From assembly GCA_963737905.1 (NCBI GenBank), contig CAVTUQ010000011.1, positions 32,001-96,000 of the forward strand: a DNA stretch of 64,000 nucleotides. The letters run 5' to 3'. Below, piece by piece: positions 9,296 to 19,545 of the stretch (position 1 is its first letter; every line of letters starts with the position of its first letter). Source of the stretch: an uncultured delta proteobacterium. GTDB lineage: Bacteria > Desulfobacterota > Binatia > UBA9968. A model generated the notes under the pieces. That model was not told the DNA's origin and did not search any database. It saw only the letters and a list, made by a program, of their open reading frames with translations. The position numbers and the translations under genes were made by a program.

Positions 9296-10714
9296 ACCAC
9301 TCTCCCCACCTAAATTGGCGCCCTGCCGGATAAGCTCATCTTGGACATCGAGGACGGGTACAGCCCGTGGAGCTCTTTTTTGGCGAACCGCGAGGGCGCC
9401 ACATACACCCGCGGCCTGCCCCGTGGCCATGGAAACCGGCATGACGCGGTAGGAAGAGTGCGCTTCATGAGTTCCCGAGATACATCGACCTGCAACCATA
9501 ACGCCGTCGGCCTCCCGCGGCAGGAGACACCGCAATGGGATGTCATAGGCTTCCCCGGGCGGTAGGCGCTTTAGCAACGTACCCGTGCCTTCGGGATTGT
9601 GGATGTCTACAGGATAAGTGCTGCGGGCAATCACGTCCGGGAACTTTCGCGCCTGCAGAATATCATCCGCCGTGAGCTGATAATCCCCTAGGATTCGCCT
9701 TGTCTCTCTCACCCCGATGTTCACTCCGCTTTGCACAACGTACCCCTTTTCAAAACCGGGTACATGACCGCGCAGGAAAGCGGCGATCTGACGCATCTGG
9801 CGGCGGCCTTCCCATTCCGCGAACGACAAATCCCACACATCAATCCCCGATACTCTCGTGACGCGCGTGCTATTGACACTGACTTCCCGGTCGTGAGGGG
9901 TAGCGAAGAATAGCATATCCTCCCGCGGCAACTGCAGCTTGCCTTCAGCGGCCGCTCTGCGAATAAGATCCCAGAGCCCATGCACCCCACGCCATTGATC
10001 GGGGTGTTGCTTCACGTACGCTTCAAAACCTCCCCGATCGAACTCGGTAATCCGAAACATAAGAGTCATGGGCTGCACCAACCCGTCATCTTCTCTACCG
10101 ATCTCGTAGGGTGCCCCCGCACGAGCCGCGACATCCCCATCGCCGGTGCAGTCGATGACGACGTGGGCGCGTATCACAAGGGGTCCGGACTTCGTTTCAA
10201 ACACGACCTGTCTTTTATCGTCACTGTCAAAGAGGTCGGTGGCAAAAGCATGAAAGAGAAAATCCACTTTGGCTTCATCTAGAAGATCCAACGCAACGAG
10301 CTTGAATATTTCCGGGTCGAAGGGCACCACGTAGCCGGTATTTAAAGAAGGTGCAATGGCGCCCCCCGCCTTCACCAAACGATGCAGGAACGTAGTGACC
10401 ACTCCAGCGACGACAGGCTCTCCCGCGCCATGGTCGGTAGGGAGCAACGTGACCGCGTCTGGTTTTTCTCGTCTCTGCTGCTGTGTATGAAAGGACATGA
10501 GGGGCATCACGAGAGCGGCCGTCGCATTGCCGCCGAGAAAACCATAGCGCTCTGTCAAGATGACCCGAGCACCAGCTTTGGCGGCCCCAAAGGCTGCGCC
10601 GAGCCCGGCTGGCCCGCCCCCCACAACCAGGACATCGGTTTCGGCGGCGAGTCGCGCGACGCGAGGCGGGAGACTAACGGAGCCTGCGTTCTTCGGATGG
10701 CGAAGGGGCGGCAT
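9287..10714 (-). CDS. FAD-dependent oxidoreductase (FAD_oxidored family)
   Basis: GGGPAG, IDCTGDGD, GVRETRRI, YDIPLRCL and AGRCIS motifs. Start moved to ATG 10714 to avoid overlap with the upstream gene. Confidence 0.88.
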   Translation of the reverse strand: MPPLRHPKNAGSVSLPPRVARLAAETDVLVVGGGPAGLGAAFGAAKAGARVILTERYGFLGGNATAALVMPLMSFHTQQQRREKPDAVTLLPTDHGAGEPVVAGVVTTFLHRLVKAGGAIAPSLNTGYVVPFDPEIFKLVALDLLDEAKVDFLFHAFATDLFDSDDKRQVVFETKSGPLVIRAHVVIDCTGDGDVAARAGAPYEIGREDDGLVQPMTLMFRITEFDRGGFEAYVKQHPDQWRGVHGLWDLIRRAAAEGKLQLPREDMLFFATPHDREVSVNSTRVTRVSGIDVWDLSFAEWEGRRQMRQIAAFLRGHVPGFEKGYVVQSGVNIGVRETRRILGDYQLTADDILQARKFPDVIARSTYPVDIHNPEGTGTLLKRLPPGEAYDIPLRCLLPREADGVMVAGRCISGTHEAHSSYRVMPVSMATGQAAGVCGALAVRQKRAPRAVPVLDVQDELIRQGANLGGESGLA

Positions 10715-10734
10715 AAGCTCAATCTCGCGCGCAA

Positions 10735-11850
10735 TTAGTCTGATTTCAAAGATTGCAGGAGATCGCAGAGAATCCGATTGGTTTTTTTGGCGCGTTCCTG
10801 CAGGGGAGGAAAATTTTCTTCGAGTTTTTTCTTGATGCGATCCCGCGTGTCCCACGAGCGATCAAGAAACGCACACAGTTTACCGACGTTTAACGCCGTA
10901 ATGGGAGGCATCGGCATTTCCAAATCGGACAGGAAACCGGAAACCTTCGATGCATAAGGGAGCGCGACAAAGGGAACCTTTTGAATTCCCGCAAAGATCA
11001 GGAAATGAAGTCTCATACCCACAACAAACGACATATTCTTGATCAATCCCAGCACCTCGGCTGAAGTATACTCTCCCTTAAGCACATTCGCCCGCTGGGC
11101 ATTAGCCATCTTCGAGATGACGGCATGAGAATGCTGCGGATCTTTATTCTCTCCTCCCTCCATTGGGACAAAGAGAATCTGGGCATCGAACCGTTCCACC
11201 ATGTAATCCGCCGTATTGGCGAGAATCGCATGATATTGCTCGATATTGAGATCCGGCGCAGCGGGACCCGGTTCGCGCACCGAAAATCCTACGAGGTGAT
11301 TATCCGGGTCGATCCCTTCCTTCTTGAGCATATCCTTGGTGAATGATTGTGGCTTCAATAAAAGGGCGGGATCGCTGGTAATCTCGATCTCTTCATTCAC
11401 CCCTAAATCATTTAAAATTCTTTTGGCTTCGCTTTCTCGAACCGTGATTTTATCGACTCGATTAAGCGTCTCGACAACGAGTTGCTTTGATTCCGGGGTT
11501 TTGAAAGGACCGACGCTAATGGCGTAGATAATGACGGGAATGCCTAACTCCTTGGCCCAATTCACATCTCTGAGATAGGTTTCAATCGCTCCGTCGTATA
11601 GGATGCCGCCTCCACCGAGGACGAAGAGATCGAGCTTGCGCAGCTCTTCAAAAACTTCATCCTTGTGCATTTCCCGAATCGCAAGTGCTCGGACCTTGTG
11701 TCTCCGTTCCGTATCCTTTGGGTTACGTGAGAAGACGACGATGTCCACGTCGAGAGAAGCGCGAAGCTCCCGCAAAATGACCTCGAGAATGGCCTCGTCT
11801 CCCAGATTCAATCCGCCATAAGATCCCGAAATGGCAACCCGGTATTTCAT
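10735..11850 (-). CDS. Polysaccharide pyruvyl transferase family protein (CsaB-like)
   Basis: GSYGGLNLGDEAIL, LGGGGIL, ITVRE, DPAL and GMRLH motifs. Confidence 0.9.
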   Translation of the reverse strand: MKYRVAISGSYGGLNLGDEAILEVILRELRASLDVDIVVFSRNPKDTERRHKVRALAIREMHKDEVFEELRKLDLFVLGGGGILYDGAIETYLRDVNWAKELGIPVIIYAISVGPFKTPESKQLVVETLNRVDKITVRESEAKRILNDLGVNEEIEITSDPALLLKPQSFTKDMLKKEGIDPDNHLVGFSVREPGPAAPDLNIEQYHAILANTADYMVERFDAQILFVPMEGGENKDPQHSHAVISKMANAQRANVLKGEYTSAEVLGLIKNMSFVVGMRLHFLIFAGIQKVPFVALPYASKVSGFLSDLEMPMPPITALNVGKLCAFLDRSWDTRDRIKKKLEENFPPLQERAKKTNRILCDLLQSLKSD

Positions 11851-11867
11851 GGAGCATCGCCTGAGAC

Positions 11868-12077
11868 TTATTCATCCAATCTAAAGCCGAGCTTAACCGT
11901 GACTTGCCAATAATCCACTTTGCCGTCTTCAATATATCCACGGCTCTCAACAATTTGAAACCAACGCAAATCGTGAAGCGTCTTGGATGCTTTGGTAATA
12001 GCGCTCTGGACGGCATCTTCGATACTGGTTTTGGAAGAGCCTGTCAGTTCAACCTGTTTGTAAACGTGTTCGTTCAT
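11868..12077 (-). CDS. Dodecin (flavin-binding)
   Basis: [12 protein letters not shown]...[11 protein letters not shown]...[12 protein letters not shown] is the dodecin signature. Confidence 0.95.
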   Translation of the reverse strand: MNEHVYKQVELTGSSKTSIEDAVQSAITKASKTLHDLRWFQIVESRGYIEDGKVDYWQVTVKLGFRLDE

Positions 12078-12191
12078 AAAACCTCCAAGGCCAATGTGCC
12101 TCTGTTCATGTACTCTTCATGCATTCTGGGTCCATCTATAGATTATGCGGCAGGTAATCATATACTGCGTTTGGAAGATTGCTCAAGAGTC

Positions 12192-12207
12192 CGCAAGTGG
12201 TGTGCCA
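12192..12207 (-). promoter_or_regulatory. Sigma54 -24/-12 promoter (dodecin operon)
   Basis: TGGCACACCACTTGCG on the minus strand, a consensus match. Confidence 0.7.
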
Positions 12208-12493
12208 CACATGGAAACGGAGATTTTCAGTCACTTCTTGATCTGAGGCTCTAGTGTATCTGGATTTGCCACCTCTTGCTCAAAAACCAGATCCGGTGCT
12301 CCCAATGACCCATAGTGAGTGCGCATCACTCTCGGACTTAAACCACCCGCTTCGGCGACGCATTCGCGAAGTGTCATAAGCTTTCCTCTACCTCCTGGGT
12401 CTTGCCGGGCAATGTGTGAAACGTTAAACGTGAGACGTACATGAGTCCTCCTTTCCAATCTCCCAAGCAGGGCGCTCTACCGGAGCTCAGCAG

Positions 12494-12682
12494 TTATTTC
12501 TTCTTGGCCTTCTTACGTGGAACTTTTCCTCCGGCGCGGCGAGCTTCCGACAGCCCAATGGCAATAGCTTGTTTTCGGCTCGTGACCTTTTTTCTCGAAC
12601 GTCCGCTTTTCAAGGTTCCTCTTTTGCGTTCGTGCATCGCTCTCTTAACTTTCTCCGATGCTTTCCTTCCGTATTTAGCCAT
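12494..12682 (-). CDS. Small basic protein, DUF6496-like
   Basis: KVKRAMHERKRGTLKSG...SRKQAIAIGLSEARRAG pattern with a GGGGG RBS. Confidence 0.85.
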   Translation of the reverse strand: MAKYGRKASEKVKRAMHERKRGTLKSGRSRKKVTSRKQAIAIGLSEARRAGGKVPRKKAKKK

Positions 12683-12743
12683 ATGATTCCCCCTAAATGA
12701 TCTTTACAGCGGCGAAGATGAATCCCTCGCTTTTTTCATTTCG

Positions 12744-12759
12744 TGCAAGAGTTGTTCCT
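12744..12759 (-). promoter_or_regulatory. Sigma54-like promoter (DUF6496 gene)
   Basis: AGGAACAACTCTTGCA with GG-N10-GC spacing, about 62 bp upstream of the start. Confidence 0.5.
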
Positions 12760-12902
12760 GTTTCGGTCACGTTCCAAATTGACAAGAGAAAACAGTGGGG
12801 CCGACCAACTTACCGGGTAAGATTGAATATTGAAACGTAACCGATTGAGCAAGATTGTTTCTATATTGTCTGTTTTATCGTACTCGGTAGTATGCAAATG
12901 TC

Positions 12903-13169
12903 TTAATCAAGCAGAGCCGCTTTGATTGCGGCCTCGATCGGTGAGATCGCGTCAGGACAAAAATGTTTGGCGACCTGCAGCAGCATTTTCGCATCATCTG
13001 GATCGCATGGAATAAGTATGGTGTCGGATTCGGTTTTCACAGCATTTGTTAGCCTGAAGTAAACCGGAGATGCTTCACTGGCCCGCTTCAGCAGCGAATG
13101 ATGGTGTTCGGAAGACAATTCAATCAATATCTTGCCTCGCGGCGTTTCGGCCTTGACTGTGAGCTCCAT
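12903..13169 (-). CDS. Hypothetical protein
   Basis: 88-aa ORF with a strong AAGGAGGAG RBS. No recognised domain. Confidence 0.65.
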   Translation of the reverse strand: MELTVKAETPRGKILIELSSEHHHSLLKRASEASPVYFRLTNAVKTESDTILIPCDPDDAKMLLQVAKHFCPDAISPIEAAIKAALLD

Positions 13170-13872
13170 AACTCCTCCTTAAACATGAAACGAAATCTTC
13201 GGTGATTCACTGCTAATTTAATTTGCCAATGAAAAATGTCGAGGGGTCGAGGAAAAAATTTCAGTTGTTTAAATCATGCTGATGGGATCACGTACATTCA
13301 TCCGCCAGATTCCTTACAAACGATGCGTTGAGTCGACCCGGTTTTGACCGTCCCGCGACCCGACGAAATAGGACCTCAAGAATGGAGTGCGCGTCCTCCC
13401 GCAGCCAGCGCCGCTTCCCGAAGAGCTTCGGGAAGCGTAGGGTGGGCGTGACACGAACGGGCAATGTCCTCGCTACTGGCGGAAAAGGCTATGGCGGTGG
13501 CGGCCTCGGCAATGAGATCGCCCGCCCGCGCGCCAAGGATGTGAACCCCGAGAATACGATCGCTCTTGGCATCGGCCAGCACTTTCACTTTGCCTTCGAT
13601 TTGACCCAGCGTATGGGCGCGGCCATTGGCGCGGAAGGGAAAGACCCCGCTTCGATAGTCAGTCCCATCCCGCTTCAGATCCTCCTCGGTCTTGCCGACG
13701 GAGGCTATCTCCGGATCGGTGTACACCACGTTGGGAATCGTATGATAATCGACATGGCCATAGCCTGTGACAATGCGTTCGACACAAGCAATCCCTTCTT
13801 CTTGAGCTTTATGGGCCAGCATCGGACCACCGACGACATCGCCGATCGCATAGACGCCCGCGGCGGACGTTA

Positions 13873-14972
13873 TTGACTCTCGTATAAATAATGGATATCC
13901 ATTCAATAATCGTTTATGCTATGGGGCATGCGACCCCATGGAACCCCTCAACAGCTAGAAGGACGAAGACGTCGAGCCGTAGCTCTTTTGCGAGCTGGCA
14001 AAACGTACCAGTCTGTAGCCGCGACACTGAACGCTTCGATAAGCTCCGTGGTGCGTTGGGCCCAGGGCTTTCGCCGAGGTGGGGCAGCAGCGCTGCGGCC
14101 CAAACCAACGCCCGGGCGCCCGCCCCGGTTGTCGAAGTCGCAAAAGCGCAGGCTCCTGCAACTGTTGGAGCAAGGTGCTGGCGCGGCGGGCTATACCACA
14201 GAGCTATGGACTCTGCCGCGAATTGCCAAGCTGATCGAGAAACATTTCGGGATTGTCTATCACTCCGGTCATGTGTGGCGGGTGATGATGGGTCTAAAAT
14301 GGACGTGGCAGAAGCCGGAGCGCAGAGCCACGCAGAGAAACGAGCAAGCCATCGCGCGCTGGAAAAAGCAGCAGTGGCCGGGGTTAAAAAAAAGCCCAAA
14401 GACTTGGGGCCCATCTCGTATTCCTCGACGAAAGCGGATTCCTCCTCATCCCTAACGTGCGCAAGACCTGGGCGCCAGTTGGCGATACTCCGATCTTTAG
14501 ACACAGCTACAGTCGGGAGCGGATTTCTGCCATCTCCGCAGTCACTGTCTCTCCCTCGCGCAAGCGGCTTGGACTTTACTTCCGTTTCCACAGCTCCAAT
14601 ATTACGGGGGTGGAGGTCATCGGCTTTTTGCGTCACCTCCTCTGGCATTTGCACGGACCGATGGTGCTGCTCTGGGATGGTGGCCCCATCCACAGGCGCC
14701 TCATCGTCAAGGAGTTCGTTCGCCAACACAAGCGGCTCCATGTGCATCGATTTCCAGCCTATGCCCCAGAGCTCAATCCCGATGAGTTTGTGTGGACCAA
14801 AGCCAAACACTCTCTGGCCAATGGTGCGCCAAAGGACATCGTTGAGCTTGGATGTCGGCTCCGCAGCACGATCCATCGCGTCCGGCGCTCTCAACGGCTT
14901 CTTTGGTCGTGCATTCATGCTTCGGAGTTACCGTGGCCTTAATTAGCGATATATCCATTATTAGGAGTTCAA
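13873..14972 (+). mobile_element. IS630-family insertion sequence, 1,100 bp, TA target duplication
   Basis: TA at 13871-72 and 14973-74. Imperfect terminal inverted repeats: left TTGACTCTCGTATAAATAATGGATAT, right (reverse complement) TTGAACTCCTAATAATGGATAT. Encodes HTH and DDE ORFs. Confidence 0.93.
13928..14942 (+). CDS. IS630 transposase, orfA/orfB joined across an A8 run at 14386-14393
   Basis: OrfA is HTH/winged-helix (MRPHGTPQQLEGRRRRAVALL...WTWQKPERRA). The +1 frame carries the DDE triad: FLDESGF, LWDGGPIH, PELNPDE. Confidence 0.88.
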
Positions 14973-15870
14973 TAGGTAGTTTTTATCGATGGAGATGTAA
15001 CCTTTTTGGTCGGTCTTAATGCTCAAAGATTTAAGCTCCAACCCGTCCGTACATGGCAAGCGGCCCACAGCGACCAGGACGCGGTCGCAAAGCGTGGGCT
15101 CCTTCCCTTCACACTCGACCACGCAGCGTTGGCCTTCCACACGGACTTCGAGGACACGGCTTTGAAGCTGAAACTCCAACCCTTGCTTTTCGAGAAGCTT
15201 CATCGCGTCTCGCGCGATGTCGCGGTCCATCTCCGGCAGAATCCTGTCCATCACTTCGAGGACGGTGACCTTGGCTCCGAGTCTCTTCCACACCGAGCCA
15301 AGCTCGAGCCCGACGGCACCGGCGCCGATGACGACGAGATGGCCAGGCACTTCTTTGTAGCTCAAAGCTTCGGTACTGGTAGCGACCCGATCGCCATCCA
15401 GATTGATATGCGGCAGGGTGGCCGGCTTGCTTCCGGTGGCGATAAGGATGAACCGGCTCTTGAGATCGATGGCGTCCTTTCCCGCATCGACCAGGACCCG
15501 TCCGGGCTCGACAATCCGGCCAGTTCCCGCATAGCGTGAAATCTTGTTCTTGCGAAAGAGCGACTCGACACCCTTGGAAAGAACTCTTACCGTTTTTTCC
15601 TTGCGGCGCATGATCGTCGGAAGGTCGAACTGGATGTCTTTAAATCGAATTCCATGATGGGCGAAATCTTCCTTTGCTCTCCAGAAGAGCTCGCTCGATT
15701 CCAACAGAGCCTTGCTCGGAATGCAGCCGATGCGCAGGCACGTTCCACCGAGATCCTGCTCCTTCTCCACGCAGCCCACGTTTAGGCCCAGCTGCGCCGC
15801 GCGGATGGCAGCCACGTAGCCTCCCGGACCGGCGCCGATGATAACGAGATCGTGTTGTTTTTGTTCCATG

Positions 15871-15888
15871 TCAAACTTCGAGCAGAAA
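15871..15888 (-). pseudogene. sucB: Last codons of a deleted dihydrolipoamide succinyltransferase gene
   Basis: TTT CTG CTC GAA GTT TGA (FLLEV*) lies 1 bp before the lpdA ATG. It resembles the E2o C-terminus (...LLLEV*) and sits in the expected sucA-sucB-lpdA position. Confidence 0.55.
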
Positions 15889-18002
15889 TCCGCGCCGGCA
15901 ATGAACTGATCAATGATCACCTGAGCGGCATTGACGAAGTCACCGAACTGGGCCTCCCAGAGAACCAGGCCCTCCGGACAATCGAGACTATAACCGTACT
16001 CAAAACCCAAAACTCCTACCTCCGAGAGCGGGCTGTTATAAATCTCTACCGGCGCTTGTTTGGAAGCCACGTGCTGAAGGGGAACGTACGATTGTCCATC
16101 TTCATAATCATACAGTACGGCATGTCTTTGGCTGAACGTGCCACGGGCGCTATCCTGGCCGGCCAGACGCACGCGGTAACCTGCGCAAGCAAGGCTGGCG
16201 AAGGCCAGAGACTCAGCGGCAGCCCAGTCCAGAGGTCGTTTGCCCTGGGCCATTTCGCGCCTGATTCCAATTCCGCGCACGATCTTGGGATGAGGATGAA
16301 AATTTTCGGGAAGTCGGGTCTGAGCGTCAAGAAACTCCGAAAGTTTCTCCTTGCCAACCCCGGTATCGATGTCGGCCCCCGCGGGCTCGGGCCCGCCTCT
16401 GTATCCACTCCAGATGCCGCGCAAGGCATCAGTTGCCGGGACATAACCCGGGCGGCGCGCCTTGGAGAGATCATCCTCGAGCTTTTTCAAACCCTCGGCT
16501 GCAATTTTTTCAGCCTCGCCACGCGTCAACCCGCCCAATTCCAACAGACGTTCTAGATAGCTATCACGCACCGATTTTCGGTTTTCGATGGCGCGATAGA
16601 GCACAGGCTGGGTAAAGGAAGGCTCATCGCCTTCGTTGTGTCCCAAGCGCCGATAACAGTACATGTCGATGACCACGTCGCGTTTGAATTGGTAGCGAAA
16701 ATCGAGGGCGAGCCGAACCACCTGAGCCACCGCTTCAGGATCTTCCCCATTGACGTGGAAAATCGGAATCTGAAGCATCTTCGCCACATCCGTGGCGTAG
16801 GTGCTGGATCTCGCTTCGCCGGAGAAGTCGTGAAACCGATCTGGTTATTCACAATGACATGCAACGCGCCGCCGACCGCGTAGCCTTTTAGCTGACTTAA
16901 ATTGAGCGTCTCCTGCGCGATCCCCTCTCCGGCAAAGCTCGCGTCGCCGTGTATTAACAGAACCAAGCCCCGCTTTCTTTCGGTATCGCCGACGCGGTCC
17001 TGCTTGGCGCGCATGCGGCCGAGCGCCACAGGACTGACAAACTCCAGGTGACTGGGATTGAAACAAAGCGATAGGTGAACTTCGCGGCCGGACGCCGTCA
17101 TCCAATCGTTGCTGTAGCCCAGATGGTACTTTACGTCGCCTCGCCCGGTATAGAGTTCCGGCGCGGTATCTTCGAATTCCCAGAAAATTTCTTGTGGGCT
17201 CTTGCCGATGATGTTGGCCAGCACGTTTAATCGCCCGCGATGGGCCATGGCGATGACAATCTCCTGGACTTCTTGCTCGGCGGCCTTGTCGATGGCGAGG
17301 TCCAGGAGAGGGATCAGGCTTTCGCCTCCTTCCAGGGAGAACGTCTTGGCCCCGAGGTATTTCCTGCGGAGAAATTCCTCGAAGATGACTGCGTCGGTGA
17401 GCCGGGTGAAGATGCGAATCTTTTCCTCCCGGCTGAGTTCGAGACGATTTTGCGTTCGTTCCATGCGCTCTTGCAGCCAGTGTCGCACTGACAACTCGTC
17501 AATGTGCATGAACTGGACGCCGATGGACCGGCAATAGGTGTTGCGGAGCCGCTCAAAGATTTCTCGCAGCGAGATCGCGCCATCGCAGAGTGTGTCACAG
17601 GAAAAACTTCGAGTCATCTCCGCCTCGCCGAAAGCGTAGAATTCCGGTTCGAGTTCAGGGATGCGTGGCCGGGGTAACTCCAATGGATCGATGGCGGCGA
17701 TCATATGGCCGCGGACGCGATAATTGCGGATGAGCTCATCAACGCGGTTTTGCATCGCGGTGACTTCGGCCTCACGAGCGCCAAAGTCGCCGTTGCCGAC
17801 TATGAATGGGTTAAAGATGCCGGGCGGGCGGAACGTTGGACCGAGACGAGGCACCGTCCCACCACGGTCAGAGTTTGATAGGTGTATCGAAATAGCCCCT
17901 CCATTCGGCTGGAATGGAAAGTGGATCTTTGAGGTAATCTAGATAAAGTCCTTCAACAAAGGCGAGATTAATGGTGTTCGGCAAACGTTCCGCTTCGCTC
18001 AT
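15889..18002 (-). pseudogene. sucA: 2-oxoglutarate dehydrogenase E1, two frameshifts and C-terminal truncation
   Basis: N-terminus at 18002 ([16 protein letters not shown]...WRGYF), +1 shift near 17883, then [14 protein letters not shown] and [11 protein letters not shown] -1 shift near 16819 leads to [11 protein letters not shown]. Homology ends at WEAQFGDF...IDQFIAGA. Confidence 0.92.
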
Positions 18003-18281
18003 AATCTGTCCTGGTCGCCGCAAATATCCTGGGAGGGCTTCTAAAAAATCCTAACAGATATGTGAATTTTCGCTAGGGCTCAAAACGATCAAGGAGTACA
18101 AGCGCGCTGAATCCGAAGCCATTGAAGTGCAAAAGCGAATTGCGTGGGAGTAACTCCCAATAAACGCTAGACTAAGAACGATCCGAGATGGCGATTATGA
18201 GGAATCTCCGGCACCTGAAGAACGGCAAGTAATTGCCTTCTGCTGCTTGGTCGGAACCGGACATGAAGGAAAATGGTTTCG

Positions 18282-18434
18282 CTAATGTTGGCGTTTGAAG
18301 TACTGGACCGCCTGCTCATGCTTCTCAGCCGCGGCCCGTGTCTTGAAAGTGCCCAAGTTTCGGCGCTTGCCCGTCTTCGGATTCTTTTTTTTCGAGTAAA
18401 GGCGATACTCACCCGATGCTAGCCTGCGAATCAT
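18282..18434 (-). CDS. Small basic hypothetical protein (50 aa, absent from the ORF track)
   Basis: Hand translation: MIRRLASGEYRLYSKKKNPKTGKRRNLGTFKTRAAAEKHEQAVQYFKRQH*, intact from ATG to TAG. Confidence 0.8.
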   Translation of the reverse strand: MIRRLASGEYRLYSKKKNPKTGKRRNLGTFKTRAAAEKHEQAVQYFKRQH

Positions 18435-18469
18435 AAGCCCATACCAATTGGCAAAGTAGCTGAAAGAAG

Positions 18470-18507
18470 GGAGCAGCCGAAAAAGACAGTTCCTTTTCGG
18501 CTGCTCC
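18470..18507 (-). terminator. Rho-independent terminator
   Basis: 14-bp perfect stem GGAGCAGCCGAAAA / TTTTCGGCTGCTCC followed by CTTCTTTC on the minus strand, just after the 18551..19003 gene. Confidence 0.7.
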
Positions 18508-18550
18508 GAATGCTGCTTCCATGAAATTGACTACTCAAACCCAACGAACC

Positions 18551-19003
18551 CTACTTCCGGGCGCCTGGAGGAAGACTTTGATCGTCGCCCGGCTGTTTCT
18601 GAGTCGGCTCTACGCTCTTTCCCGACGTCCCACTGGTCGACGGTTTTGAGCTGATCTTCACGCCCAGTTGCTCTGCGGTTTCTTGATCGACCATACCGGT
18701 CACCGTCAATCCTTTATCCTTCTGAAAAGCTCGAATCGCCGTGCGAAATTCATTGTCCGCAGCGCCGTCGATCTTGCCTACCTTATACCCCTTCGCTTGC
18801 AAAGCTTTCTCGACTACCCTTATATCATTTTTTGATAATTCGGGGGTTCCGGGCTCCGCACCGCGCGGGATATTCTGATCGGTCCCGGGTCGGGTCTGAT
18901 GAGTTGGTTTGTCGCTAGTAGCTTTTTGCGCCCATGCGGGACTCGATACGAAACCGACTGCCCCGCTGAGGATCATCGCTGTTATCACCGATTGTTTTTT
19001 CAT
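18551..19003 (-). CDS. Secreted peptidoglycan-binding domain protein
   Basis: Signal peptide ending AWA, and a PG_binding_1 pattern (EKALQAKGY...DG...AIRAFQKDKGLTVTG). Confidence 0.88.
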   Translation of the reverse strand: MKKQSVITAMILSGAVGFVSSPAWAQKATSDKPTHQTRPGTDQNIPRGAEPGTPELSKNDIRVVEKALQAKGYKVGKIDGAADNEFRTAIRAFQKDKGLTVTGMVDQETAEQLGVKISSKPSTSGTSGKSVEPTQKQPGDDQSLPPGARK

Positions 19004-19058
19004 TAATTTCTCCTTCTTCTAAAAATTTGTCTTCTAGGGAATCCCTGCTGATTAAAAA

Positions 19059-19074
19059 CGCAAGAGCTATGCCA
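19059..19074 (-). promoter_or_regulatory. Sigma54 -24/-12 promoter
   Basis: TGGCATAGCTCTTGCG on the minus strand, about 56 bp upstream of the start at 19003. Confidence 0.7.
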
Positions 19075-19231
19075 GAGCATATCCTTTCGCTAGCGCGGTA
19101 AAAACCGGAAAGAAAAACGACATACAATAGGGAATCCGGTTTATGTGTCGGCTAATCGATGTCACTTTGTATCTCCGAGCCGTACTTGAATTTTGCGCTG
19201 CGAGAAACGGCGTAGCGCCGCTCGACCAGTT

Positions 19232-19483
19232 TTACTTATGCTGCTTTTTTTGTAGGATCGCCTTTGCCTTCTCCAATTCCCTCTTTCGAGTCATAGATAG
19301 ACTTTTGCCAGCTCGGTTAATGAAATATTGGATCATCCGGATGCCCGAACCGATGCCCTTAGGACTCACCCTCCCCTTCGCCATAGTCTTGGCGATCGTT
19401 TGCGCGTCTTTCGTGAATAAATCTTTGGGTGGATTAGTGGAAACCGTCTTTACCTTGCGGACCCATTTTTTCGGTTTAACCAT
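19232..19483 (-). CDS. DUF3175-like small basic protein
   Basis: KKWVRKVKTVST.PP..LFTKDA..IA...GSGIRMIQYFINRAGK. Start set at ATG 19483. Confidence 0.8.
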   Translation of the reverse strand: MVKPKKWVRKVKTVSTNPPKDLFTKDAQTIAKTMAKGRVSPKGIGSGIRMIQYFINRAGKSLSMTRKRELEKAKAILQKKQHK

Positions 19484-19545
19484 CGCGCTATCTGTGGGGT
19501 TGCATCTTTGGTTTGGGTCGTTAGGTCCAGCCTGAAAGGTCACCT

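Larger units (their letters stand above)
13376..15869 (-). pseudogene. lpdA: Dihydrolipoamide dehydrogenase interrupted by IS630
   Basis: MEQKQHDLVIIGAGPGG, redox GGTCLRIGCIPSK and C-terminal HAHPTLPE. Removing 13873-14974 restores ...DKNYLTSAAGVYAIGD in frame. Confidence 0.93.

Noticed and set aside
12231-12377. 48-aa ORF with an RBS-like sequence upstream of the dodecin promoter
   Set aside because: There are no motifs or other support, so it cannot be distinguished from chance.
13891-14946. Long ORFs of 351 aa (+) and 334 aa (-) across the IS
   Set aside because: These are alternative-frame and antisense shadows of the transposase with no motifs. The HTH and DDE motifs are in the other frames.
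14961-16787. 608-aa ORF that looks like a novel SucA-LpdA fusion enzyme
   Set aside because: It begins after a frameshift inside sucA, ends inside the IS630 terminus, and its linker is an out-of-frame sucB tail. It is a decay product, not an evolved fusion.
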